From positions 1 to 64,000 of the IMG/VR virus record IMGVR_UViG_3300045988_168232: a stretch of DNA of 64,000 nucleotides; one strand, 5' to 3'. Both the position numbers and the translations under genes were made by a program. The notes under the pieces were generated by a model that saw nothing but the letters and a program-made list of their open reading frames with translations, ran no database searches and was not told the DNA's origin. Origin of the DNA: a virus. This document shows, one piece after another, positions 17,903 to 27,016 of the stretch; position 1 is the first letter of the stretch, and each line of letters starts with the position of its first letter.

Positions 17903-18490
17903 TTATTCTATCTGTTTACAAATAATAAGTTCTTCGGCATACGGAAGAGATTCTATCCATTTGCAGAAAGAACGCCAACATGGAAGTTTATGGTTCTTTC
18001 TCTGAAGATAAATGGTTCTGAGCTGTTCATAGTTTGTAGAGACGCGCATAAACAACATAACGCCTTGTGGGCAATTGGATAGAACTTTCATGAAATTATC
18101 TTCTGATTTGTCATTATTGTATTCTAAAATGAGCTTTTTCATTTGTCGCTTCGTCTCTTCCGTCACCCATTTATTGCAGCATTTATCAAAATCCATCTGC
18201 ATGATTCGGTGCATCTTGGATGATGATGTCACGATGTCAAACCAATGATACCGTTGCATTTCCGGAGAGATGTAATTCGGATACTCAATATCAAAACTGA
18301 CGCGGATTCCGGTTCTAAAATTGGCATGGCATCTCACTTCCCCAGTAGATGCTTTACACAGTTTCTTTGCCCGTTCAAGACCTTTCTCAAACTCCTCATC
18401 AGTATATTCTGGTGGAATTAGACGCATTGCATTTCTACAAGCGATGACTGATTCTTTCAGGTCATAGACCCGTACATTTGTTACATTCAT
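17903..18490 (-). CDS. Hypothetical protein, possible divergent ThyX-fold
   Basis: 195 aa. The overall pattern resembles flavin-dependent thymidylate synthase (..CHANF..; 'QRYHWFDIVTSSSKMH' in place of 'RHR..S..SQRY'; 'NYEQLRTIYLQR'), but the canonical RHR motif is absent. Confidence 0.35.
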   Translation of the reverse strand: MNVTNVRVYDLKESVIACRNAMRLIPPEYTDEEFEKGLERAKKLCKASTGEVRCHANFRTGIRVSFDIEYPNYISPEMQRYHWFDIVTSSSKMHRIMQMDFDKCCNKWVTEETKRQMKKLILEYNNDKSEDNFMKVLSNCPQGVMLFMRVSTNYEQLRTIYLQRKNHKLPCWRSFCKWIESLPYAEELIICKQIE

Positions 18491-18533
18491 TTTTGTTATC
18501 TATTTTAATTAAGTTTAGAGTTATAAAATAATA

Positions 18534-18577
18534 GAGGGTTTAACCTGTCATTTTATAATAACAAAGGTTAATCCCTC
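18534..18577 (-). terminator. Intergenic hairpin (possible terminator)
   Basis: GAGGGTTTAACC (18534-18545) pairs with GGTTAATCCCTC (18566-18577): 12 bp with 1 mismatch, between two minus-strand genes. Confidence 0.35.
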
Positions 18578-18598
18578 CAATAATTCTAAAGCTAAAAA

Positions 18599-18925
18599 TT
18601 ACTTCTTAAACGGGTCCCAGCCTAAAAAGATTGCAATAAGCCCCACTAAAAATCCCAATGGAATCAATGATGTAAGTGCCCATATTATTTTCCACCCAGG
18701 TGAAGGATCTTCAAATACAAGAAAACCACAACAGAAATAATACCATGCCCAACTCAATCCGTACAAAATGATAATTATTAGTCCAGTAATTCCCACCCAC
18801 ATAAGAAATACCCCTATCTTTTTTGCTCGCTCTTTCCATTTCTTTTCAGATGATTTTTCAATTGCTAGACAGATATTAATTGCAATTCCAAGTATCATCC
18901 ATATTGCAAATATTATCCATCCCAT
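18599..18925 (-). CDS. Integral membrane protein (about 4 TM)
   Basis: 108 aa with four long hydrophobic segments. Confidence 0.6.
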   Translation of the reverse strand: MGWIIFAIWMILGIAINICLAIEKSSEKKWKERAKKIGVFLMWVGITGLIIIILYGLSWAWYYFCCGFLVFEDPSPGWKIIWALTSLIPLGFLVGLIAIFLGWDPFKK

Positions 18926-18928
18926 ATT

Positions 18929-19318
18929 TTACGTGATTAAGTTTTCATAAATACATTTCATACACAAATCTCCAATGGCTTCTGACTCCAGTCTGGCAAT
19001 TACTTCTGGGTTTTCATGCCATCCCCATTCACGAAAAATACGAATAGTTTTTTTCTTTTTCAAATAACTCCCAAAGCATTCTATTTGATTCGGTTTTAAT
19101 TTGAATGATATTGATGCTGTATTGCTATCCTTGTCTTTCCAACAAGCCCGTTTGTTTTGAAAGAAAGCAATTACACTGAATGGAACAACTTCAGACCGCA
19201 ATCCCATTTGTTCCAGCATCCAACTTCCTTCATCTTGTTCACCCAAAAATCCACGTGTAAACTCATTTACATAATAGCCATTGACCTTAACTTTGTCATT
19301 AATTTCTTTTCTTTTCAT
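18929..19318 (-). CDS. Hypothetical protein
   Basis: Start taken at the ATG at 19318 (MKRKEIN); the track start at 19339 overlaps the intergenic region. Confidence 0.5.
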   Translation of the reverse strand: MKRKEINDKVKVNGYYVNEFTRGFLGEQDEGSWMLEQMGLRSEVVPFSVIAFFQNKRACWKDKDSNTASISFKLKPNQIECFGSYLKKKKTIRIFREWGWHENPEVIARLESEAIGDLCMKCIYENLIT

Positions 19319-19363
19319 TGTTATTATTGATGGTAACAACTGCCTTCATCAATATGCCCGCAC

Positions 19364-19759
19364 TTAGTCATAACACCATTCAGTAATTTCGCAAGTATTG
19401 GGGTGGATAAAACAAATGAGTTCAACCTCTCCATTCGGAGTATCTGATGTGTGCAATGATACAGCTTCGATATGACCCTTATTTGTGTCATCGTTCCAGT
19501 AGATATTAAAATCAACCCCGACATAATCAGAACTGGTCGCCATGTGGCTACGGTCAAGTTCGATTTCACAATATATAATAGAGTAATCATCGTCAAAACC
19601 GTCATCACATTCGTACAAATTTAGAGAGTTCCACAAGTCCTCAAATGTTTTTGCCTTTGATATGGCTTCCTGAATAACTTGCTTTGCTTGTTCGTATGCA
19701 TTTTTATTAAAATTATTGTCAAACAATTCTTGCTGTTCTTTCGTTAAATCTATTCTCAT
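19364..19759 (-). CDS. Hypothetical protein
   Basis: 131-aa ORF. Confidence 0.55.
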   Translation of the reverse strand: MRIDLTKEQQELFDNNFNKNAYEQAKQVIQEAISKAKTFEDLWNSLNLYECDDGFDDDYSIIYCEIELDRSHMATSSDYVGVDFNIYWNDDTNKGHIEAVSLHTSDTPNGEVELICFIHPNTCEITEWCYD

Positions 19760-19777
19760 GATTTATATTTTTGTAAG

Positions 19778-19990
19778 TTAATTATTTAGCCTTGCATCTA
19801 ATGCTAAATCGAAAATTTTATTAAGCGTTTTTCTCATTTCTTCTGCGTATTCAAACAGTTCATCTTTTGATAGGTCTTTACGTTGCCAATCAAACATATC
19901 GCAATATCGGCATCCAATAGCTTCATTTTCAATTTGCTCAAATTGGAGTTTATAAGGATTCTCCTTTTTGTTTTTAGCTTTGCTTTTCAT
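19778..19990 (-). CDS. Hypothetical protein
   Basis: 70-aa ORF. Confidence 0.5.
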   Translation of the reverse strand: MKSKAKNKKENPYKLQFEQIENEAIGCRYCDMFDWQRKDLSKDELFEYAEEMRKTLNKIFDLALDARLNN

Positions 19991-20340
19991 ATTGTCACAA
20001 TCTTTGTTTTTCTTAACTCGCCGGAATATCCATGCGCTTTTAGACCATTGACAAAGAAATCAACTGGAAGTCTGACATAATCGACACAGGAATAATGAAC
20101 AGGCTTCCCAACATATTCGTGAGCCAGCAATCCATTGGCGTAGGCGCTTGCCGGAATTTTCATAAGGTCTAAACTTGGATATTGTGTCAATACCGTTTTT
20201 GTAATAAGCAAGTTATAATCATCACATTCTGATTTATTGGAATAGGGACATTTACCGGCTCTATTTTTAAGAGAGCAATCCTTACATAGCTTGTTTAGTT
20301 GGGATTGCAATTTTTTGTTGATATTCTGGTTATAGCTCAT
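19987..20340 (-). CDS. Hypothetical protein with C-terminal 'HGYSGELRKTKIVTI' tail motif
   Basis: 117-aa ORF. The tail resembles those of 20337..20525 and 32222..32503. Confidence 0.5.
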   Translation of the reverse strand: MSYNQNINKKLQSQLNKLCKDCSLKNRAGKCPYSNKSECDDYNLLITKTVLTQYPSLDLMKIPASAYANGLLAHEYVGKPVHYSCVDYVRLPVDFFVNGLKAHGYSGELRKTKIVTI

Positions 20341-20525
20341 ACGTTCACCACTTTAGAGTATCTTAATTCACCGTTGAACCCCCTTCTTCTGAGTTCCGCA
20401 AAAATCTGCTCGTCTGTAAAATCAGCAAGCGTAAGGATCGCTTTATTGCCAGGTTGAGGTATGTAATTTACTGGACGTGTTTTGTCCAGTTCTTCTGTTT
20501 CTATTTTGGATTTTGTTCTTGCCAT
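20337..20525 (-). CDS. Small protein with 'FAELRRRGFNGELRYSKVVNV' C-terminal motif
   Basis: 62-aa ORF. The motif is shared with 32222..32503. Confidence 0.5.
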   Translation of the reverse strand: MARTKSKIETEELDKTRPVNYIPQPGNKAILTLADFTDEQIFAELRRRGFNGELRYSKVVNV

Positions 20526-20546
20526 ATCTACTATGATTTTTTATAA

Positions 20547-20738
20547 TTATATTTGAGAATTAAAATTTTTGATAAATTCTTTTGCTTTACCACGATTGAC
20601 AAATTGTTCACCTGATTTGTGTTTTCCAGCAATCACAGTACATAATAAAAACTCAATTTCACCGTCTTAGGGCATATTGGTAAAAGACCATTCTTTAAAT
20701 CCTGTCGGAATTTGACTCTTATCTGGATAATATCCCAT
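20547..20738 (-). pseudogene. Decayed paralogue of 6845..7060 interrupted by an in-frame TAA
   Basis: Hand translation gives MGYYPDKSQIPTGFKEWSFTNMP*DGEIEFLLCTVIAGKHKSGEQFVNRGKAKEF... The second half matches 'LCTVIAGYYNSDERFINRGKV'. The TAA is at 20667-20669. Confidence 0.35.
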
Positions 20739-20741
20739 GAT

Positions 20742-21443
20742 TCAGTTCTTTTTAGATATTAGCAAATACATACTTTTCACCTGTTGCGATAAGTTCCAAG
20801 GCATAGTGTTGTCTTCCCGAAAACATTTCCAGTCTATTTTATCTTCAAAGCCAGGACAGTGATGCTTGACATACTTATAAAACTCATCACGCTTCTGCTT
20901 TGCAGAATCATCCTCTTCTTCATCCAGCATGACTATTTTCGGTTTGTTTTCTTTACGGCATTTTTCTGCGGTCTGATAGAACCGTTGAAAATGTTCAGCA
21001 TCATATATATTCCCGTTATAATCAATGAAAACTACATTTTCATTACGAATTTCGCAAATCCTTAAAGGCTCTCGTGTTGCTTTTTTTATCGGTCTCGAAC
21101 CATCCCATAACCAACCGCAAAACTGAATGCCATTCCATATAAGGTGTGGGAGGAATCTTAAAGAGAAAGACTCCATATCCAGCGTTTCAAACAGTATAGG
21201 ATTGGTTTCCCATGTGGCATCTTCGGCGGTTTTATACAAGGAGATATTTGTGTTTATTTTATTCTCATCTAATTTGCTGCCAAACCAAAAGATATATTCA
21301 ACCATTGTATCATTTCTCAAATCGCTTGTATATTTTACTATAATACCTCGATACTCTGCTTCACGAATAGTTCCATTTCTATGTATAAATACTCTTTCCC
21401 CAAAAGAAATTTGGGGAATTTTCACATGTCCGCCCATATTCAT
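20742..21443 (-). CDS. Hypothetical protein
   Basis: 233-aa ORF. Confidence 0.55.
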   Translation of the reverse strand: MNMGGHVKIPQISFGERVFIHRNGTIREAEYRGIIVKYTSDLRNDTMVEYIFWFGSKLDENKINTNISLYKTAEDATWETNPILFETLDMESFSLRFLPHLIWNGIQFCGWLWDGSRPIKKATREPLRICEIRNENVVFIDYNGNIYDAEHFQRFYQTAEKCRKENKPKIVMLDEEEDDSAKQKRDEFYKYVKHHCPGFEDKIDWKCFREDNTMPWNLSQQVKSMYLLISKKN

Positions 21444-21449
21444 CTCTTT

Positions 21450-21755
21450 TTAGAGTTTAATTTCATCATTGTAATTGTTCATTATCCATTCCATTAACAA
21501 GGTTCTGTTAGTAGAATCAAGTTCGGTGTAGAAACGGATAAGATAGGTATGTGCATCTTCGGTACGCGTAGCGTATTTCCATTTTCCTATCATGTGACTG
21601 ATAGGACAGGTCCACTTAACTTCAACTATAAATTCAGGGACATAAATTATCGTATCCTTATCATCAGGATAAGTGTATGGAACAACATCGTAATTCAAGC
21701 TGAAATACACCCATTTATTTATCGCTGCCATAGCGATTTTCATATTGTTTGTCAT
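21450..21755 (-). CDS. Hypothetical protein
   Basis: 101-aa ORF. Confidence 0.5.
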   Translation of the reverse strand: MTNNMKIAMAAINKWVYFSLNYDVVPYTYPDDKDTIIYVPEFIVEVKWTCPISHMIGKWKYATRTEDAHTYLIRFYTELDSTNRTLLMEWIMNNYNDEIKL

Positions 21756-21769
21756 AGTGCTAAATATTT

Positions 21770-23083
21770 TTAAGCTGCTCGTCTTTGAGCTATTTTGTTC
21801 TTGTTTGCTTTGATTAATGCAATTATGCGGTCTTGCAATGGAGGCACTGAGTTATATATCCCGCGGCATTGAACGATTTCCAGATTGTTGATGTCCATTT
21901 CAATAGTTGCAATAGACACACCATCAACAAGTGCGTGTAATATTAATGACTCCTCCTTTTGGTAATACTTGTTTACGAATACACAGTGATGAAGCGTGTG
22001 CCATTCATCAATAAATTCCTGAATACTGATGAGTGGTTTGATGGTCAGTTCAGAATCTTTAAATTCAAGATCGAAATATCGAGATTTGGATTCCTTGTAT
22101 TCGGATTCTTCTTCAGCAATTTTCTTTTTGTTTGCCAAATACCTACGTTCTCGATCCAGTTCACGTTGCAATTCATTTTGCCGGCGAATTCTGTCTGCAT
22201 GTACTTCTCTTTTATGTACCCAATAATCATGAGCGTCTTTTAAATTGTCCGGACAAATAAATTTGGGGTTCCGAGTATCTTTCCCTAGGTAATCAAGCGC
22301 ACTTAAAAGGTCACACCATAAAGTTGCATCACTGACGGTATAATTGTTTCGTATTGCTATCTTTATGGATGACCAATTTCTGTCAAGAGAATAGGATGAA
22401 CTCATAAAATACCCTGCAAGCTGAAACTGTCCGGCTTTCCATATCGTTTCTATTTTGCTATTTGTCAGTAGGTTCTTTATAACTTTAAATGGATTGTAAT
22501 CATGAAAATCACCATTAAATCCATTTCTGACCAATTCAGGAATAGCGTACACTCGTCCGATAATTTTACTCGGACAGACTGAATGGGCATAATGTTCCGA
22601 GCGAACTTCTAAATCACTGAACCAATCCCAAGAATCTATATAATGGGCTATCCAGTTTCTTTTCCGACTGATAATGACCTCTTTACCATCAGAAGTAATC
22701 CAGCGCTGGAACGCTTCACCAGTCCACCAAGTCACTTTTTTACCTTTACGCAAGGTTGCGGACATAAAGAACATCCTGACTACTTGAAAACCTCCACATC
22801 TTGTAACTATTGCAAAATAGTCTTTGTAAACAATCTTGCGCTTCCGGTCTTTTTCAACTGTCAGTTTTGCGGAACAGTGCGGACAAGTAACAATATCAGC
22901 ATTGCCTTTATCACCTTTCCATGATTTACCACAATCCATGCAGGTATATTCTCCTTTTGAATTGAGTTTTGCTATATGGGGGATGATATGTTTTTCGACC
23001 TGCTTTTTCTGGTAATCACTAAGCTGGGGCAGTTTCTTTAAGTTTTCTACCACCATTTTTTGTAGTTTGTTCCTTGGCTTCAT
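21770..23083 (-). CDS. PcfJ-like protein
   Basis: 437 aa. N-terminal zinc ribbon 'CMDCGKSW...CPHCSAKL'. The C-terminal 'EWHTLHHCVFVNKYYQKEESLILHA' resembles the PcfJ-like signature. Confidence 0.6.
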   Translation of the reverse strand: MKPRNKLQKMVVENLKKLPQLSDYQKKQVEKHIIPHIAKLNSKGEYTCMDCGKSWKGDKGNADIVTCPHCSAKLTVEKDRKRKIVYKDYFAIVTRCGGFQVVRMFFMSATLRKGKKVTWWTGEAFQRWITSDGKEVIISRKRNWIAHYIDSWDWFSDLEVRSEHYAHSVCPSKIIGRVYAIPELVRNGFNGDFHDYNPFKVIKNLLTNSKIETIWKAGQFQLAGYFMSSSYSLDRNWSSIKIAIRNNYTVSDATLWCDLLSALDYLGKDTRNPKFICPDNLKDAHDYWVHKREVHADRIRRQNELQRELDRERRYLANKKKIAEEESEYKESKSRYFDLEFKDSELTIKPLISIQEFIDEWHTLHHCVFVNKYYQKEESLILHALVDGVSIATIEMDINNLEIVQCRGIYNSVPPLQDRIIALIKANKNKIAQRRAA

Positions 23084-23105
23084 TTTAAACTTTGTTTATG
23101 TTTTG

Positions 23106-23498
23106 TTAGAAAAGTGGGATTTCCAGCACATCAGGTAAATCTAGGTCTGTTTTGGTGAATTTTGACTTTCTGGGTTTGGTTTCCTTTGGTTTTGCGGCAG
23201 TTTTTTCAGGAACAGAAGTGTGCTGCACATCTTCCACTTTATTCTTTGGCCCATCAACAACGATGTCATCCTCATCATAATAATGGATAGCAAGACCATA
23301 AACCTCTTCATCAGTACAAGCCACACATCGCTCATTATTCTTTCGATTTTTCTCCACTTGCTGAAAGATATATTTGCAGCACTCGGATATTGATTTGTTG
23401 GGTTTTGCATAGTTCTTTGAGAACATTTCATCTTCTTTGGCAAGATTGTCAAGAAAAGTCTTGATAGCTGTTTCAAACGCTGTAAGATTCAAATCCAT
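23106..23498 (-). CDS. PcfK-like protein
   Basis: 'FETAIKTFLDNLAKEDEMFSKNYAKPNKSISECCKYI...EEVYGLAIHYYDEDDI' matches the PcfK-like pattern. Adjacent to the PcfJ-like gene. Confidence 0.6.
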   Translation of the reverse strand: MDLNLTAFETAIKTFLDNLAKEDEMFSKNYAKPNKSISECCKYIFQQVEKNRKNNERCVACTDEEVYGLAIHYYDEDDIVVDGPKNKVEDVQHTSVPEKTAAKPKETKPRKSKFTKTDLDLPDVLEIPLF

Positions 23499-23510
23499 AA
23501 TATTGTAGTT

Positions 23511-24029
23511 TTATGTTTTGTTATAAAAAAAGAAAAATGATTTGCTGTTAATATTGAGAATATCTTTATCCAATCTGATTCCAAGGATAAAATTCTGTTC
23601 TGATATTTTAATGGTTTCAATGCCTGTTGGTGTATCGCCTTTGATAAATTTCACTAAACGAATTGATACATTAGGATATGCAATATCGACTACATCATAA
23701 GCAAAAATTTGTCTTTTATGTTTGATTACGATAGCATCACCGCTCTTTATGCTGGAGGGATCACGATATATTGACATTCTATGTCTTTGCATAAAAGAAT
23801 GCAAAAGTTCCAGTTTAAATTTGAGAATTAGGTCTGATTTATTTTTATTGAGTTGCAATTCATTATACTGAAACGTACTTGCAGTAATACCTTGTAAGGA
23901 ACCACCATTTTTCATTAATGAATCAGCTTGTTTCTCCATGAAATCAAGCACTTTCATTTTTGCTTCTGCTATAGCGGCATTGTCTTTGTTTTTAATAATT
24001 TCCCTTATTTTATCCCATTCTATGTCCAT
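23511..24029 (-). CDS. Hypothetical protein
   Basis: 172-aa ORF. Confidence 0.5.
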   Translation of the reverse strand: MDIEWDKIREIIKNKDNAAIAEAKMKVLDFMEKQADSLMKNGGSLQGITASTFQYNELQLNKNKSDLILKFKLELLHSFMQRHRMSIYRDPSSIKSGDAIVIKHKRQIFAYDVVDIAYPNVSIRLVKFIKGDTPTGIETIKISEQNFILGIRLDKDILNINSKSFFFFYNKT

Positions 24030-24045
24030 TGTTCAATTAATTGAC

Positions 24046-24116
24046 AACCCCTTTATCTCTTAGCTCACTTCGTTCGCAATCGCTTCGCTCTAAGGGATAA
24101 AGAGATAAAGGGGGTT
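24046..24116. repeat. Long inverted repeat / hairpin immediately downstream of the 24122..24808 stop codon
   Basis: AACCCCTTTATCTCT (24046-24060) pairs with AGAGATAAAGGGGGTT (24101-24116), about 15 bp with a 1-nt bulge. The interior is also partly self-complementary. Confidence 0.7.
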
Positions 24117-24121
24117 AAGAG

Positions 24122-24808
24122 TTAATGAAATGCTGCCACGGCACGCACATAGAAGCTGTTCGACACCTTAGTGTACCAGCTGAGGATGCCGTCGTTCAGG
24201 TCCAAGCACCAAGCGTGCGTCGCCGAGTAGCCAGTAGAACTCCAGTACCAGCCATCTTTTATGCGGCTTCCGCCGCTAAGTTCGATGGCGGCATTGATGG
24301 AGCGCTTATTGAGATAAATAAGATACCATTCAGCAACAGACGGAATCCATTCATCATCTTTCAATTCTATACCAGTACCCACTTGTTTGATATGTTCGGT
24401 ATTTAGTTTACCATCCCAGTCGGCAACAGCATCATCATAATTATTAATATAGCCGTCATAATTACCATAGTCTTGTGTGTTAGTCAATGATTGTTCTGGT
24501 AAATCCTCCAAATTAATGGCAATTGAACGATCTCCCATAATGACTCCTATACGCTTGACTGCTTTTTGTGGTTTGTTTTGTTTTACAAAATCAAACAGTT
24601 CATCAGAACCATCTTCATAAAGATAATAAACTCCATCAGAGCGCAATATAGGATTCGCATCTACAATGAGTTGATTATTAGACTTATGATTAAGCCAATC
24701 GAAAAGTTGTTGTGCATCTTCACCAAAATCATTGTAAAGTGCAAGTTTTAATTTCTGTTCTTGTGACAGTGCGCTATACGCTTTTTCTACATACTCTTTT
24801 TCAATCAT
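24122..24808 (-). CDS. DUF1566 / C-type-lectin-like C-terminal domain protein
   Basis: C-terminal 'WYWSSTGYSATHAWCLDLNDGILSWYTKVSNSFYVRAV' resembles DUF1566. The 3' 180 nt is GC-rich relative to the rest of the gene. Confidence 0.6.
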   Translation of the reverse strand: MIEKEYVEKAYSALSQEQKLKLALYNDFGEDAQQLFDWLNHKSNNQLIVDANPILRSDGVYYLYEDGSDELFDFVKQNKPQKAVKRIGVIMGDRSIAINLEDLPEQSLTNTQDYGNYDGYINNYDDAVADWDGKLNTEHIKQVGTGIELKDDEWIPSVAEWYLIYLNKRSINAAIELSGGSRIKDGWYWSSTGYSATHAWCLDLNDGILSWYTKVSNSFYVRAVAAFH

Positions 24809-24830
24809 ACTGTATAAATTTAATAATTAG

Positions 24831-24998
24831 TTATTTACCGTTGCTGAGACATAAAGCCAATTTATCAAGGTCCGATGTACCAAAATAATTTTGAAGCTCC
24901 TTCAGCACAGATGCTTTTTGCGACTGAAGGAGCTTTTTGATTGTAGCCGGGCTACCGCCACGATATAATTCGAGGCAATTTTTTGCTTGTTGTGTCAT
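24831..24998 (-). CDS. Small hypothetical protein (55 aa, below the ORF-track cutoff)
   Basis: Hand translation gives MTQQAKNCLELYRGGSPATIKKLLQSQKASVLKELQNYFGTSDLDKLALCLSNGK. Confidence 0.4.
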   Translation of the reverse strand: MTQQAKNCLELYRGGSPATIKKLLQSQKASVLKELQNYFGTSDLDKLALCLSNGK

Positions 24999-25130
24999 TT
25001 TATTTGTTTTATTAGGAATAGTGTGGAAATCACTTAAAATTAGAAAGAGAACGCCTTTTTATAAATGTTTAAGTGTTCTTTTCGATGTGAAAGTAGTTGA
25101 ATGGTAGTTAGAAGAAACCTGTTCACAAGT

Positions 25131-25847
25131 TTAACCTACTAATCCCGGTATTTGTGGTAATTGGCGAATAGCTTCTTTCTGCTCTTCTCTCTTTTGCCAT
25201 TGTTCATATTCTTCACGCGCCGCATCGGTTGTCGGAACCAAAGACATAACATCAGTATTGCATCTGAGAAATTCATAGACTTGTTCTTTCATTCTCCAGT
25301 CACTATCACCCTCAATGGATTCGCCTGTTTTAAGACAATAGAGATACCACAGAACGCATTCCAAATAATTTGTATTGTCCGGGTCAACCAAGTAGCCAAA
25401 CCAATCTTCTATATCATTGCTCATAAAGCTCCAAAAACCAGGAGCATCAGAATGCCTTTCTTTGATGATTTTAGCAAGTTTCACACGATACTTTGGATCA
25501 CTCATCAGGTTTGTTATCTTGGCTATGAATGAATCGTAATCGCCAACTTCGATGTTACAAATAATTTTATCTGTAGTAAAATTATATTCTCTGGGACTAT
25601 TAATACTTTCAGATGTTAGTTTGATATTTAGCTGAAGTTTTTCGTTTAATTCGTCGATGTACATTTCAGCAAATTCTTTAGTAACGGTATTGCGATAGTT
25701 ATCTGAATCTATCTCCCAATCTGATAAATGTTCAAAATCAGGATATTGATCTTGTAACATTTCCCGTTCATCCTCTTCAATATATCTTTCATCGAAGATC
25801 GTTTCATAAAAACCTGGAAAACTTTTTACTTCTATTGTTGTTATCAT
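25131..25847 (-). CDS. Hypothetical protein
   Basis: 238-aa ORF, 'FPGFYETIFD...SPREYNFTTDKI'. Confidence 0.55.
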   Translation of the reverse strand: MITTIEVKSFPGFYETIFDERYIEEDEREMLQDQYPDFEHLSDWEIDSDNYRNTVTKEFAEMYIDELNEKLQLNIKLTSESINSPREYNFTTDKIICNIEVGDYDSFIAKITNLMSDPKYRVKLAKIIKERHSDAPGFWSFMSNDIEDWFGYLVDPDNTNYLECVLWYLYCLKTGESIEGDSDWRMKEQVYEFLRCNTDVMSLVPTTDAAREEYEQWQKREEQKEAIRQLPQIPGLVG

Positions 25848-25868
25848 AATTTAAAAGTGTTAGATATT

Positions 25869-27011
25869 TTACGTTCTGGATACGCATATATATTCCCCGT
25901 CAATATTGTATTCTCCATATTTTCCATCCCACGAATTAAGAATATTACACCAGCCATCATCTATAATTGATTTTAACCAATCTTTCAAAGAATCAGTTGT
26001 TTTTTGGGCAGCAACAGCTTCACGCCAGAAGTATTCATATTCATCGTCATTATAAACTCTGTCACTAGCTATTTGCTCTAATTCGTCATCTGTGCCTATA
26101 TAATATTCTGTTCCGTTTGCTTCATATAGACAGTCTCCATTCGATTGAAAAGTATCATTCAAATCACTAAAAGTCAATTGCAGATGAATACCAAGAGCTA
26201 CAAACCGTTTGGCTTCCTCTTCTTCACACTCACGCATTTCCATGACCTTTTCAATAGTGTCTTTTGTGGCTTCAAAATCACCAGCCATATCAAAATCGTT
26301 TGGTACAGCAAGATTTTGTGACAATTCTTTTTCCTCGTTTTGTAACACTTCGCACAAGTTATCTATTCTTTTGCAAATATCTTTCGGAATAGGTATATAG
26401 AGCCAATCAGTTCCATATTTATACCCTTTGTCAATATACAGTCCTCTGATTGCCAGAAAAATGTATCTCACCCAAAGGTCATTAGAGTTATTCTTGATGC
26501 GCTTTGGGTCAAGTCCAAGAATATATTCAATAGGATTATTATTGGTATATTTTGCAATCACATTCCTCAATACAGCCATGTGTTTAGGCTGTACCTGATA
26601 GAACTTACACATAATATTGAAAGACGTGCTATCAAATTGTTTGCGGAAATTTTCATCGTATCCGGAAAACAGATTAACGAACCCGTCAAAGTCTTTTTTG
26701 TATTGCTCTCCATTAAGATATTCTTCTTGCGCTCTGGTTCCACTTGCCATACCACACAAATGATATTTAGTCCAAAAATCGAGTAACTCTTTTTGTCCGG
26801 ATGTTCTTGGTGCTATGCTGTCATAACATTGACCACTGCAAAAACCGCCTTCACCGTGTACAGATACTTCAAAGCATTCTTCAAACTCTTCAAAAGTATC
26901 TACATTTCGTCTTGTACAAGGACCTGTTTCACGAACCTCAAATTCAATTGCCCAACGGTTCATGTTGTTATCACGAATTGTGACTGAACGGCTATATATC
27001 TTATTTTTCAT
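25869..27011 (-). CDS. Hypothetical protein
   Basis: 380-aa ORF, the largest uncharacterised early gene. Confidence 0.55.
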   Translation of the reverse strand: MKNKIYSRSVTIRDNNMNRWAIEFEVRETGPCTRRNVDTFEEFEECFEVSVHGEGGFCSGQCYDSIAPRTSGQKELLDFWTKYHLCGMASGTRAQEEYLNGEQYKKDFDGFVNLFSGYDENFRKQFDSTSFNIMCKFYQVQPKHMAVLRNVIAKYTNNNPIEYILGLDPKRIKNNSNDLWVRYIFLAIRGLYIDKGYKYGTDWLYIPIPKDICKRIDNLCEVLQNEEKELSQNLAVPNDFDMAGDFEATKDTIEKVMEMRECEEEEAKRFVALGIHLQLTFSDLNDTFQSNGDCLYEANGTEYYIGTDDELEQIASDRVYNDDEYEYFWREAVAAQKTTDSLKDWLKSIIDDGWCNILNSWDGKYGEYNIDGEYICVSRT

Positions 27012-27016
27012 GATTG

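Noticed and set aside
19324-19608. 94-aa ORF overlapping 19364..19759 on the same strand
   Set aside because: It is an alternative frame of a longer ORF that fits the packed gene array, and nothing independent supports it.
23141-23476. 111-aa alternative-frame ORF inside the PcfK-like gene
   Set aside because: It overlaps the motif-supported frame on the same strand, and its composition (M/L/K/Q-rich) is not protein-family-like.
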